Positions 1-9,423 of a DNA stretch of 64,000 nucleotides are shown here, one piece after another; position 1 is the stretch's first letter, and each line of letters starts with the position of its first letter. The DNA is taken from NCBI GenBank assembly GCA_963718525.1, contig OY970355.1:960001-1024000 (forward strand). Direction: 5' to 3'. The position numbers and the translations under genes were made by a program. Below the pieces are notes generated by a model. The model had not been told where the DNA came from. It worked only from the letters and a program-made list of their open reading frames with translations, and searched no databases. Source of the stretch: Candidatus Dormiibacterota bacterium (GTDB lineage: Bacteria; Chloroflexota; Dormibacteria; Aeolococcales; Aeolococcaceae).

Positions 1-64
1 GCGCGAGGACGTGCGCCTCCAGGGTGAGGTGCGGGCCATCCGCGAACAGCTGCACAACCGTTGA
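1..64 (+). CDS. dnaA: 3' end of chromosomal replication initiator DnaA (partial)
   Basis: Frame 2..64 reads REDVRLQGEVRAIREQLHNR*, like a DnaA domain IV C-terminal helix; lies directly upstream of DnaA boxes and dnaN. Confidence 0.7.
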   Translation, partial: REDVRLQGEVRAIREQLHNR

Positions 65-307
65 CAAACCTGTTGCCGAACCCCGGGACGGCATGTGGAC
101 AAGGTGCGCAACCTCCGAGCAGGTGGACGACCGGTGCGGAACTCCTGCCACTTGCGCACACGCCGGCAACGCCCGTGGAGCCCGGGTGAGATCGTTTCAC
201 GAGTTGTCCCCCGTGTCCCCACCACTACATCGTCTACTGATCTCTAAACTCTGCAGGTCATACTCATTGAGTCTGGTGATAACTGAGCCTCCAGAGAGGA
301 ACCGTCC
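65..307. other. oriC (dnaA-dnaN intergenic origin)
   Basis: TGTGGACAA at 94-102 (reverse complement TTGTCCACA, high-GC DnaA box); degenerate boxes at 122-130, 152-160 and 204-222; CTA-like trios (CCACTACATCGTCTACTG) and AT-richer DNA at ~222-285. Confidence 0.75.
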
Positions 308-1423
308 ATGAAAGCGACCGTCTCGTCCTCGACCCTCAGTGGTGCACTTGGGCTCGTATCCCGCGCGGTGTCACCCAGGTCGACGCTGCCCGTGCTGAGC
401 AACGTGCTTCTCGAAACGGGTATCGATGGCCTACGCGTGACCGCCACGAACCTCGACCTGACGATCACGGTCGTGGTGCCGGCGACGGTGCTCGAGGAAG
501 GCAGGATCACCGTGCCGGCGCGTCTGCTCGGCGAATTTGTCGCGTCGCTTGGCGATGCTCCGTGCACCATGGAGTTGGAACCGACCACACAGGTGCTCAA
601 GCTCAACGGTGGCGTACACCGAGCAAACCTGCACGGCATCGACGCCGTGGAATTTCCCCCGCTCCCAGCCCATGACACCGAGACGTCGATCGAGGTCGAC
701 GCGGTCACGCTGCAGAACGCGATCGCACAGACGGTGATGGCGGCAAGTTCCGACGAGGCATCTCCGGTGCTCACAGGAGTCCTGCTGCAGATCGAGGGCT
801 CGCAACTCACGCTTGCTGCGACAGATCGGCATCGACTTGCGGTCAAGACGATCGACGTCACGGTGAACGGAACGCCGCCGGTGACATCGGTGATCGTTCC
901 GTCAAGGCATCTTTCGGAAGTCGCCCGTGCGGTGAATCCGAACCGTCCGACGGTGGGCATCGCATTTGCCCATGCGCGCAACCAGGTGTTCTTCACCATG
1001 AAGGACGTGGAGATCTCCTCGCGTCTCATCGAGGGCACATATCCCAACTACACACAGGTGATTCCGGGCAAGTCGACCACGACCGTGAGCCTGTCGACAG
1101 CGTCATTGCTGCGTGAGGCGAAGACCGCCGCGGTGCTCGCGCGAGACGCCGCCAATCCGGTGCGCCTGCGTATCGGTGACGGGACGCTCACGTTGCTCGC
1201 GCAGACCGCAGAGGTCGGAGACGACGAAGCACCGTTGACTGCGACGGTGCAGGGAGACGACGTGCAGATCGCTTTCAACGCGCGCTACATGCTCGACGCG
1301 CTGTCGGCGCTGGACTCCGACGAGGTGCAACTCTCGTTCAATGGCTCGCTGCAACCGGGAGTCATCCGTCCCGTGGGCAAGGACGACTATCTCTGCATCA
1401 TCATGCCGGTGCGGGTCGCCTGA
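308..1423 (+). CDS. dnaN: DNA polymerase III beta sliding clamp
   Basis: 371 aa; PVLSNVLL, ATNLDL, ATDRHRLA, SRLIEGTYPNY, FNARY, IIMPVR; AGAGGA RBS. Confidence 0.97.
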   Translation: MKATVSSSTLSGALGLVSRAVSPRSTLPVLSNVLLETGIDGLRVTATNLDLTITVVVPATVLEEGRITVPARLLGEFVASLGDAPCTMELEPTTQVLKLNGGVHRANLHGIDAVEFPPLPAHDTETSIEVDAVTLQNAIAQTVMAASSDEASPVLTGVLLQIEGSQLTLAATDRHRLAVKTIDVTVNGTPPVTSVIVPSRHLSEVARAVNPNRPTVGIAFAHARNQVFFTMKDVEISSRLIEGTYPNYTQVIPGKSTTTVSLSTASLLREAKTAAVLARDAANPVRLRIGDGTLTLLAQTAEVGDDEAPLTATVQGDDVQIAFNARYMLDALSALDSDEVQLSFNGSLQPGVIRPVGKDDYLCIIMPVRVA

Positions 1424-1459
1424 ACTTCGACGCGCACGGGCGAGCTTGCCGGCTCCCTT

Positions 1460-1747
1460 TTACATCGCCTTGAAGCGGATCCGCCTCACCAGGTCCTGAC
1501 CGACACGCTGATTGAGTGCATCGATAACTCGCGGCGCGTCCATCTGGAGCTGATGCGCGAGCGCGCTGTTGGCCGTGGCGATGACCAGCACACCCCGATC
1601 AAGCCGTTCTGCGCGGCACAGACCGGCAAGTCCGGCACCGACGACGTCTGCCAGCGCGAGCCGCAAGCGCTCCTCGCGCACCTGGACCCTGACGCCCAGC
1701 CCCCGCAGCGCTGGATCGATGATGTCGGAAAGGCGCTGCTCAGGCAT
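1460..1747 (-). CDS. dciA: DUF721 / DciA-family protein
   Basis: GVLVIATANSALAHQLQM...LNQRVGQDLVRRIRF pattern; ATG overlaps the recF stop. Confidence 0.8.
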   Translation of the reverse strand: MPEQRLSDIIDPALRGLGVRVQVREERLRLALADVVGAGLAGLCRAERLDRGVLVIATANSALAHQLQMDAPRVIDALNQRVGQDLVRRIRFKAM

Positions 1748-2936
1748 GTACGTCCTGGGCGACGACGCCACCCCGCACCGTGAAGTGGCGCACCTCCTCG
1801 AAGTCTGCGATGTCGGTGAGCGGCTCCGTCGTCGTCACAAGCACCTGGTGTCGTGCTCCCATCGCAAGCAGTGCCAGGAGGCGCATGCGGCGTTCGGGAT
1901 CGAGTTCACTGAGCACGTCATCGAGCAGGATGACCGGTGGCACGCCCGCCGTGTCCTGGACGTACCGGACCTCGGCGAGCTTGCACGCGAGCACGATGCT
2001 GCGCTGTTGACCCTGTGAGGCCGTGCCGCGCGCGGCCCGGCCGTCGAGGTCGAAGGCGATGTCGTCGCGGTGCGGTCCAGCGAGCGTGATCCCGCGGGCA
2101 ACCTCCTCGGCAGCGTGGTCGCGGAGCGTGTCCAGCAACGAATGCTCGGCCGCATCCAATGTGTTCGGGATCGCGTCGATGTGCACAGGCGCATACCGGA
2201 GCGCGATGCGTTCGCGCTGACCGCTGAGATCGTTCAACGAGAGTGCGGCGAGCGGTGCCAGCGCCTCGACGAGGCGCGATCGAGCGAGTGCGAGCCACGC
2301 GCCGTGATGCGCGAGCTCGCCGGTGAAGCTGCTGAGCGAGTCACGAGCGCCGCCGCCGAGGCGAAGCTGATGAAGCAACGCATTGCGCTGCTCGAGGACG
2401 CGGCGGTACCGCGACATGTGCGCCACCGCCTGCGGATCGGTCTGAGCGAGGATGACGTCGAGAAACCGCCGGCGTCCGTCGGGACCTCCACGCACCAGTG
2501 CGAGGTCCTCCGGCCAGAAGAGCACGACAGGACAGACGCCGAGCACCGAGCGGGCGGGACGCGGCTTGCCGTCGACAGCCATGACCCGCGACACCCGACC
2601 TGTCGAGACATCCCGCTGCAGCCGCAGCGACAGCGAGACGTCGATAGGAGGACGGGTAACATCGGCCTCGGCCATCGCGGCGTCCTCGTTCCAGAGGAGC
2701 AGATCGCCACTGCTCGTGGTTCGGGGAGACCGGGTGAGCGCGAGGGTGGCGATGGCCTCGAGCAGGTTGGTCTTGCCCTGCGCGTTGTCGCCATGAATGA
2801 CATTGAGCCCGGGGCCGAGGCGAACCGTCGCCTCCTGGTAGTTTCGAAAGCGGTGCACTCGCAGGCGCACGATCGCGCAGCGCGGCCCCCCGGTGCCGGT
2901 GGTGGGCGTGGTGACGCTTGGTGCGTCGATGCTCAC
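1740..2936 (-). CDS. recF: DNA replication and repair protein RecF
   Basis: FRNY, GDNAQGKTNLLEA, GPHRDD, ASQGQQRS, LLDDVLSELD. Confidence 0.97.
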   Translation of the reverse strand: MSIDAPSVTTPTTGTGGPRCAIVRLRVHRFRNYQEATVRLGPGLNVIHGDNAQGKTNLLEAIATLALTRSPRTTSSGDLLLWNEDAAMAEADVTRPPIDVSLSLRLQRDVSTGRVSRVMAVDGKPRPARSVLGVCPVVLFWPEDLALVRGGPDGRRRFLDVILAQTDPQAVAHMSRYRRVLEQRNALLHQLRLGGGARDSLSSFTGELAHHGAWLALARSRLVEALAPLAALSLNDLSGQRERIALRYAPVHIDAIPNTLDAAEHSLLDTLRDHAAEEVARGITLAGPHRDDIAFDLDGRAARGTASQGQQRSIVLACKLAEVRYVQDTAGVPPVILLDDVLSELDPERRMRLLALLAMGARHQVLVTTTEPLTDIADFEEVRHFTVRGGVVAQDVHA

Positions 2937-4084
2937 GTGGCTGCTCCGGCCATGGAAGCGATCAGGTCCGAGATGCGGCGGGTGGCGTCCGGACGCGCTG
3001 CTGCCTTCACTGCAGCGCGCATGGTCGTGAGCGCCGGGGATCCCGGCGCGGCGAGCTCGGCGACGGCGTCAACGAGCTGCTCGTCACGCGGAACGTAACG
3101 CCCCGCGCCGATATCAACCACCCACTCCACGTTACCGCGCTCCTGGCCGGGGAGATACCAGACCAGGAGGAGCGGCAGCCCACAGCAGAGCGCTTCGGCG
3201 ATCGTCCCGGGGCCTGCCTTCGAGACGACAACGTCGCTGGCCCGCATCCACTCCGCCATGTTGTTCACGTAGCCGAGGACTCGCACCGGTCGTGCCGTGG
3301 TGGTACGCAGACCGGAGAGGGCAGATCTGGCACGGTCGTTGCGGCCGCAGATGACTACAAGCTCCACGTCGACGTCGAGGCCGGCCGCCGCGATCGCCCG
3401 AGCGTGATGGACGAGGCCTCCGGATCCGTCGGCGCCGCCACAGACGAGCACCACGAAGCTTCCGGATCGCAACCCGAGATGCTCGCGGATCGAGGCGATT
3501 CCGGCCGGGTCGCTGGGGAGCTCCGTGAACCGCCGGTCAACGGCGAGGCCGAAGTCGTAGCAGCGCGATGCGGGGATGCCGGCGCGGCGGCAATGGTCGA
3601 GCCCGCCCGGAGAGGGGACCACCACCGCGTCGACGTCGCGGCACGCCCACGCGGCATGGATATCGACGAGGTCGGTGATCACCGTGACGACGGGAATCCG
3701 CCGCGACCGGCTGCTGCCGGCGTTCACACCGACGTGGTTGAGCAGGGGGTGAAAGGACACGACGCAGTCCGGATCGATGCGTTCGATGGCCTCACAGACC
3801 GCATTGGTCACCGACCGCAGCACCGTCCGCTGGAGCAAGACGACAGCAGCGCGGCTGTTGGTCGAGTGATACAAGCCACCCCAGAGCCAGCGCGCGTGCC
3901 GGGTGATGGGGCCGTACAGGCCGGCGGTGCCGCCGATCACGCGCGGCCTGGCACTTGTGAACGGGTCGAGGATGGTGACCTCGAACTGACCGGGAAAGGC
4001 GGCGGCGATCTGACGTTCGACAGCAGTGGCCGCGGCGCGGTGGCCCCCACCGGTATCCGCGATGAGAAAGAGCAGCCTGCGCAT
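2933..4084 (-). CDS. MGDG synthase-like glycosyltransferase (GT28, diacylglycerol glycosyltransferase)
   Basis: DTGGGHRAAA, TVITD, HAAW, SKAGPGTIAEA, PGQERGN. Confidence 0.88.
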   Translation of the reverse strand: MRRLLFLIADTGGGHRAAATAVERQIAAAFPGQFEVTILDPFTSARPRVIGGTAGLYGPITRHARWLWGGLYHSTNSRAAVVLLQRTVLRSVTNAVCEAIERIDPDCVVSFHPLLNHVGVNAGSSRSRRIPVVTVITDLVDIHAAWACRDVDAVVVPSPGGLDHCRRAGIPASRCYDFGLAVDRRFTELPSDPAGIASIREHLGLRSGSFVVLVCGGADGSGGLVHHARAIAAAGLDVDVELVVICGRNDRARSALSGLRTTTARPVRVLGYVNNMAEWMRASDVVVSKAGPGTIAEALCCGLPLLLVWYLPGQERGNVEWVVDIGAGRYVPRDEQLVDAVAELAAPGSPALTTMRAAVKAAARPDATRRISDLIASMAGAAT

Positions 4085-5820
4085 CAGCTCACCGTGACGG
4101 ACGCCGCAACCAGCGTGCCTGCCGCGAAATCAGTGATGACCTGGATGTTGCTCCCGTCGGCGTTCTCGACGTAGGCCTGGTCGACCCCGCCCGAGTCGGC
4201 GTTGAGGTAGACCAGCTGGCGGCCGGATGGAGCCACGACAACCGTGCCGAGCGAGCCGGCGGACGGACCCGAAGCGATCGGGATCTGCTCGTCACCCGCA
4301 ACACTGACGAGCACGAGGGTGGGGGTGGCCGTCGCGGGCCTGCGAATCCCGACGAGCGTCCCGGTCGCCGTGAATCCAACCGGCTGGAGCGAGGAATCCA
4401 GCAATCGCGGGGGCGTGGACGAAGGCCCGATCCCGGCGACCCAGGTTCCCTGAGCACCGGGTGCCGATCGAAGGAACGCGAGCTGCGACCCGTCAGGCGC
4501 AATTGCAGGATCGCTCGAGGCGCCGGTGACGCCCGGGATGGGGTACCGGGCGAGCACCAGCGAGTCGGCGAGCTCGAGGTGCTCGACGTCCTCGGCGCCC
4601 GCCACGTCCAGGACGAGCTGCTCGCCGAGCGGGCTCCATACCGCCGGGGCCACCAGTGGGTCGCCGGGCGGCAGCGAGGTGAGCGTGCCCGTGGTCGGGT
4701 TGTAGAACGAAACCTTGCCCGCCCGTGAGAACGCCAAAGTCGACCCGTCAGGCGACCATGACGGCAGGGACGAGTTTTGGAAGCTCATGGCCACCGTCCC
4801 GGAGGCTGGGTCGAGGATGACCAGCACAGGAGCGGGCGCGTTGACGGTCGCGTCGAGCTCGACGACGGCGAGCCAGCCCCCGCCGGGCGAGAGGGCTGCA
4901 GCCGCATAGGTGTAGAGCGGAGACCCGGAGCCGGCCGTCCCGCATCCCGACGGCCGCGGACAGCGGGGCGCGATGAGCACCGCCTCGGTGGCGATGGGTT
5001 CGCCGGGTTGGGCCGGCGCCAGCGGGGAGATCAACACGGTGGTTGCGCCCTCTCCCGGAACCGCGGCAAGCACCACGACGTGTGGCGCGGGCGACATCCC
5101 GGCGGCTGTGAAGCTTGAGGTCGCCCCGACGGTCAGCGGCTGGTGGCTGATGTCGGTGGCTGTCGGGGCGACAGTCAGGCGGTACGTGACGCCCGCCTGC
5201 AGGATGGCCCCGGGCAGCACGACGAAGCGGCTCGGATCGCGCGAGTTGCGAACCACCCGCGTTCCCGGAATCGACGGGCTCAGGGAGATCGCCGCCTCAG
5301 TAGTGTCTGCCGCCATTCCCGTGGAGAAGCTCACCGAGATCGGGGTGTCCACAGGCACGCCCTTCGATCCGTCCACGGGCTGCACGGCGCGGACCATCGG
5401 GGCCGCGCCGGCCGTGAACGTCCACTGGTGATCGACTGAGTTCACGACCCCGCTCGGGTCGCTGATGCCGCCCGCGAGGGTGAAGGTGTAGGACGTGCTC
5501 GGAGCAAAGATCGCCCGAGGATGCAGCAGGGTGAACCCCGTGTTCCCGGAAAGCCAGACGATCCGGCAGGGCGCGAGCGGGCCGGCGCTGAATGCGGCGT
5601 CCAGGTTGCAGGAGTGAATCGGACGGTTCACCGAGAAGCGGCCCTTGACCGAGGCGGTGACGACGGCCCGGTCGAACTCGACCGTGACCGGTGCGTCGGC
5701 GGCCACGCCCACCGCCCCGCGATTGGGAATCAACTGGATGATCTGGGGCGGGCTGCTGAAACATCCCGAGAGCGACGCGCAGACGAGCGCCGCCACAACC
5801 CAGAGCGCGATCCGGCGCAG
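4084..5820 (-). CDS. Lipoprotein with two Ig-like (Big_5-type) domains and a TolB/PD40-like beta-propeller
   Basis: Lipobox LSGC; DAPVTVEF/DTPISVSFS Ig repeats; WSPDG/APDG repeats; start codon uncertain (CTG 5820 or GTG 5796). Confidence 0.7.
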   Translation of the reverse strand: MRRIALWVVAALVCASLSGCFSSPPQIIQLIPNRGAVGVAADAPVTVEFDRAVVTASVKGRFSVNRPIHSCNLDAAFSAGPLAPCRIVWLSGNTGFTLLHPRAIFAPSTSYTFTLAGGISDPSGVVNSVDHQWTFTAGAAPMVRAVQPVDGSKGVPVDTPISVSFSTGMAADTTEAAISLSPSIPGTRVVRNSRDPSRFVVLPGAILQAGVTYRLTVAPTATDISHQPLTVGATSSFTAAGMSPAPHVVVLAAVPGEGATTVLISPLAPAQPGEPIATEAVLIAPRCPRPSGCGTAGSGSPLYTYAAAALSPGGGWLAVVELDATVNAPAPVLVILDPASGTVAMSFQNSSLPSWSPDGSTLAFSRAGKVSFYNPTTGTLTSLPPGDPLVAPAVWSPLGEQLVLDVAGAEDVEHLELADSLVLARYPIPGVTGASSDPAIAPDGSQLAFLRSAPGAQGTWVAGIGPSSTPPRLLDSSLQPVGFTATGTLVGIRRPATATPTLVLVSVAGDEQIPIASGPSAGSLGTVVVAPSGRQLVYLNADSGGVDQAYVENADGSNIQVITDFAAGTLVAASVTVS

Positions 5821-5851
5821 GCCGGAGGAGATTCCGGAGCCGCGAATCCGG

Positions 5852-7147
5852 TCAGTACGCCCGGTTGAGCGCGGCGTCGACGTCAATGGGGGCGATTGCG
5901 CCATCGCCGCCCTTGACCTCGATGACCGACTGGCGATCGGTGGCAAGCGAAGCCACTGCCGCCGTGGCCTTGTCGAGGGACCGCTGGGATTCGGTGTACG
6001 TCCCGAGGATGTCGCCATCGCGAAGCAGGATGATCCCCGCCTCATTCGGGGTTTGCACCACCACCGACCCGCTCACGTGTTCCTCGGAAAGGTACTCGAG
6101 CAGCGCTTCGAGATTGACGAAGCGCCCGAGCAGTCCGCTGTACAGGTATGGCGACGTGAACAGCTGAGCCAGCGCGGTCACCGTCTCTCCCTCGAGCTCG
6201 ATGACATCGATCACGCCATCCCCGGCGTCCATGTGCCTGCGGATCTGCAGGAATGCGCCCTCGCCCTGAACCGCGGTGCCGTTGCTGCACAGCGCCTGAA
6301 GCGCCTGTCCGTCGTTGAGGAGGATCACCCCGCTGTAGCCGTTGCCACTGAGGTTCACGTAGCCGGTGTGGCGGTCCGACCTGAGCGTGCGGAGCAGACG
6401 CGGGAAGTCGACGAATGCACTCTTCAGGCCTTCGTAGTGCGCCCGGCCCGAGGGGAGCGGGTACACCCGCACGGCGGGCGTCGTCGAGGTGGCTGCTCCC
6501 CCGGGTCCCGCTGTCACCGGGCGATCCGGCGAGGCCGCCGGCGCCGTGGAGGCGGGTGCCGGCTGATAGGACACCGGCTCGGGAGCCGGGTGGTAGGAGA
6601 GAGGCTCAGGCGCGGGGGCCGGCTGGAATTCAGGCATCGGCGCCGGCTCGGGCTCGCTTGCGGCGGAGACATAGGTCTCCGGGGCCTGCTCGGCCGCGGG
6701 CGCCGACGACGCCACGGCGTATGCCGGCTCCTCGATCGGCTCCGGAAGGCTCGCCGCCGGGGCTGACGCGTAGGCATCGGACGAGGAGTACGCCGGCGCT
6801 GCCTCCGGCCACGTGGAGACGGCTGTCGACGCGGCGGCAGCCGGCGCCTCACGGCTCTCGGCCGCGGCGATCAACTCGGCCGGCGAGGCTTTGATCGTCT
6901 CTTCAGCCGGGAGCTTGGCGCGCGGATCGAACTGGTAGGAGCCGTCCTCCCAGGCGAGCGCGTCGATGACGACCTCCTCGCCGTGTCCACCGGGTCCACT
7001 TGCGTGAAACAGATGCCCGAACAGGAAGTACAGCGAGGCGTTGTCGCCACCGTTGTCGATGGTCAGGGTGCCGGTTGCCCGCTCTGCCTGCATCGACTGC
7101 AGCAGTGTCGCGAGCCCGCCGTCACTAAGGGAACCCTGGGTCTGCAC
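5852..7147 (-). CDS. DUF4388 (PatA-N-like) domain protein with Pro/Ala linker and repeated C-terminal domains
   Basis: QGSLSDGGLATLLQ...TGTLTI...LYFLFGHLFHA...WEDGSYQF; related repeats FVDFPRLLRTL..HTGYV and FVNLEALLEYL..VSGSV. Confidence 0.7.
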   Translation of the reverse strand: MQTQGSLSDGGLATLLQSMQAERATGTLTIDNGGDNASLYFLFGHLFHASGPGGHGEEVVIDALAWEDGSYQFDPRAKLPAEETIKASPAELIAAAESREAPAAAASTAVSTWPEAAPAYSSSDAYASAPAASLPEPIEEPAYAVASSAPAAEQAPETYVSAASEPEPAPMPEFQPAPAPEPLSYHPAPEPVSYQPAPASTAPAASPDRPVTAGPGGAATSTTPAVRVYPLPSGRAHYEGLKSAFVDFPRLLRTLRSDRHTGYVNLSGNGYSGVILLNDGQALQALCSNGTAVQGEGAFLQIRRHMDAGDGVIDVIELEGETVTALAQLFTSPYLYSGLLGRFVNLEALLEYLSEEHVSGSVVVQTPNEAGIILLRDGDILGTYTESQRSLDKATAAVASLATDRQSVIEVKGGDGAIAPIDVDAALNRAY

Positions 7148-7292
7148 GGGTGCGGGTCTCCAGTTTTGAGTAGGAAGACCGTCCCGAGGGAGGCGGTCCG
7201 AATTGGAGTCGGCCCGTATAGTAGCAACCCTTCACCGTTCCGAACGAGGTTGGATACTCCAGAATGACGCGAGCTCAGTTCGAGGAATTGGT

Positions 7293-8006
7293 GTGGATGG
7301 ACAGCAGGTGCGGGTGCTCGTGGTCGATGACGACGCGCTCGTGCGCCGGGCCGTGCGTCTCACGTGCGAGAGCGAGGGCTACACGGTCCAGGAGGCCGAG
7401 CGCGCCGGCGAGGCGCTAGCGCGCCTCGAGGTCTTCCATCCGGACGTCGTCGTGCTCGACATCGTCCTGCCCGACCTGTCGGGGTTTGACGTCTGCCGCG
7501 AGATCCGCCGGGCGGGGCACCGGATGCCGGTGATCATCCTCAGCGCCAAGCACGACGAGATCGACGTCGTCCTCGGCCTCGAGATCGGCGCCGACGATTA
7601 CATCGCCAAACCCTTCCGGGCCCGCGAGCTCCTGGCGCGAATCGGCGCCCACCTGCGCAGGGCCAAGGAGCTGCGCGGCGAGGACAAGCCCGCGGACGGG
7701 CGACTCGTGTTCCGAGACCTGGTCATCGATACGGCGGAGCGGCGCGTGACCCGCGCCGACCACGACATCCTGCTCACGCACACGGAGTTCGATCTGCTCT
7801 CGTATCTCGCCTCGAACGCCGGCAAGGTGCTCTCCCGCGAACGGATCCTCAGCGCCGTCTGGGGGTACGAGCACCCGATCGAAACCAGGGTGATCGACGT
7901 GCACGTCCGCAACCTGCGGCGGAAGATCGAGCCGGATCCGGCCCAACCCCGTCACATCCTCGCCGTCCCGGGCATCGGGTACCGCTTCGCCGGGTTGCGG
8001 CGCTGA
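7293..8006 (+). CDS. OmpR/PhoB-family response regulator (no adjacent kinase)
   Basis: VLVVDDD, LDIVLP, GADDYIAKPF, LTHTEFDLL, VIDVHVRNLRRKIE, GIGYRF; GAGGA RBS before GTG 7293. Confidence 0.93.
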   Translation: MDGQQVRVLVVDDDALVRRAVRLTCESEGYTVQEAERAGEALARLEVFHPDVVVLDIVLPDLSGFDVCREIRRAGHRMPVIILSAKHDEIDVVLGLEIGADDYIAKPFRARELLARIGAHLRRAKELRGEDKPADGRLVFRDLVIDTAERRVTRADHDILLTHTEFDLLSYLASNAGKVLSRERILSAVWGYEHPIETRVIDVHVRNLRRKIEPDPAQPRHILAVPGIGYRFAGLRR

Positions 8007-8047
8007 CGATCGTCGCGGAGGTGAGGTTGCCGCAAAGTACACTCGGC

Positions 8048-8308
8048 ATGGTGCGCACTCCTCCGATGCTCGACCCCCGCGAGCCCGTGGCCACGGCCCG
8101 TCAGGCCGATCCGGTCTCGGCGTTCACCGTCGGCGCTCTCTCGGTCATCGCCGTCGCGCTCCTCGCAGCTGCCGTCCTCGCCACCTACACCTACGCGACC
8201 CCCAACGTCGAGCTTCCGCTGGTGATCGCGATCGCACTGTTCTTCGTCGTCGTGGTCGCCGCCAACATCCTCCGAGTCGCGGTGCGCCTCCTGCGCCCGG
8301 GGCGCTGA
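8048..8308 (+). CDS. Small two-TM membrane protein
   Basis: Two hydrophobic segments; stop 3 nt before next gene. Confidence 0.6.
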   Translation: MVRTPPMLDPREPVATARQADPVSAFTVGALSVIAVALLAAAVLATYTYATPNVELPLVIAIALFFVVVVAANILRVAVRLLRPGR

Positions 8309-8311
8309 CCG

Positions 8312-8971
8312 GTGTCGGAGCATCCCGGCGCCGGCCAGGCGGGTTCGGAGCCGGCAGGAGCAGATCGCCCGACGTTTCCGTCGTATGAGGAGTTCGCCTC
8401 CGACCTGCTCGAGGCCGTGGACGCGGTGGGGCTCAGCATCGAGGACGTTCGCCATCATCTCGAGCCGGGTCTCGGCGAGCGCCGTTTCGAGTGCACGGTG
8501 CGCCTCACCGGCGATCCGCCACCGCGCTACCACGTCCATGTCAGCTATACGTGGGACGCGCTGCTGACGTTCATCTCCGCGTACGGACCCGGAGCGGACT
8601 GCGAGCTGTACCACGACGACGACGAAGCCCAGGACTGTCCGCACCAGCAGATCACGCCGCAGGCGTTCGTCGATGTGGAGGCTGAATTCGTCCTCGGCGA
8701 CGGTGGCTACGAGCTCCACGACCTGGATGAGGTCGGCGGCTGGGTCGAGACCGTGCAGTCCTTGCTTGGCAAGGCGTTTTCCGAGGACGACAAGCCGAGC
8801 GTGCATGTCGGCATCGCGGTGCTCGGCACCACGACGCTTGTGGAGAAGTTCACCGCCGAGCACTCGTGGTTCCTCGACTTCGAGAAGCAACCCGACCTGG
8901 CGACGCTCGCCAAGCAGATCGACTCGGCGCTCAAGCTGGTGCCCCAGCTGGCGGATCGCCTTCCCATCTGA
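8312..8971 (+). CDS. Acidic hypothetical protein
   Basis: 219 aa with GC3-biased codons; CELYHDDDEAQDCPH motif. Confidence 0.7.
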   Translation: MSEHPGAGQAGSEPAGADRPTFPSYEEFASDLLEAVDAVGLSIEDVRHHLEPGLGERRFECTVRLTGDPPPRYHVHVSYTWDALLTFISAYGPGADCELYHDDDEAQDCPHQQITPQAFVDVEAEFVLGDGGYELHDLDEVGGWVETVQSLLGKAFSEDDKPSVHVGIAVLGTTTLVEKFTAEHSWFLDFEKQPDLATLAKQIDSALKLVPQLADRLPI

Positions 8972-8979
8972 GGGCCTCT

Positions 8980-9423
8980 TCAGCCGGGCGTATAGCCCGC
9001 TGCGGCAAGCAGCTCACGCTCGAATGGACGGTGCTCGAGCTCGGCGTGGGGAACGGTCAAACCCGGTTGCCGAACGTGGATCTCGCCACGTTCCCCGAGC
9101 ATGAGGATGTCCGCGTCGGCAATCCGCGGTCCCCACGGGTATGTGCGGCGACGGCCTGCGGCGACCTCGGCGGCTTTGCAATGGGCGAGCCATCGGGCAG
9201 GCGACCACGCTGCCGGGCTCCGGAGCCGGACAACCTGGTTGTGAAAGTCGCCCTGAGCGGTCACCCCGACCGGCCTGGTCACGATCTCCGGGGAGATCGA
9301 GACGATGTCGACACCGCTCGTCGCCAGCGCCTCTCGCAACCGAGCGAGGTTCGCGCCGCGGTGACCGAGGTTGCTCCCCAGTCCCACCCACGCCGTATCG
9401 GTCGCATCCGGGTCGGTGCTCAC
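8980..9423 (-). CDS. folK: 2-amino-4-hydroxy-6-hydroxymethyldihydropteridine diphosphokinase
   Basis: VGLGSNLG, QGDFHNQV, WGPRIADADIL, LTVPH..L..RPF. Confidence 0.92.
   Translation of the reverse strand: MSTDPDATDTAWVGLGSNLGHRGANLARLREALATSGVDIVSISPEIVTRPVGVTAQGDFHNQVVRLRSPAAWSPARWLAHCKAAEVAAGRRRTYPWGPRIADADILMLGERGEIHVRQPGLTVPHAELEHRPFERELLAAAGYTPG

Noticed and set aside
6480-6870. Repetitive Pro/Ala-coding DNA
   Set aside because: Low-complexity protein linker, not a DNA repeat array
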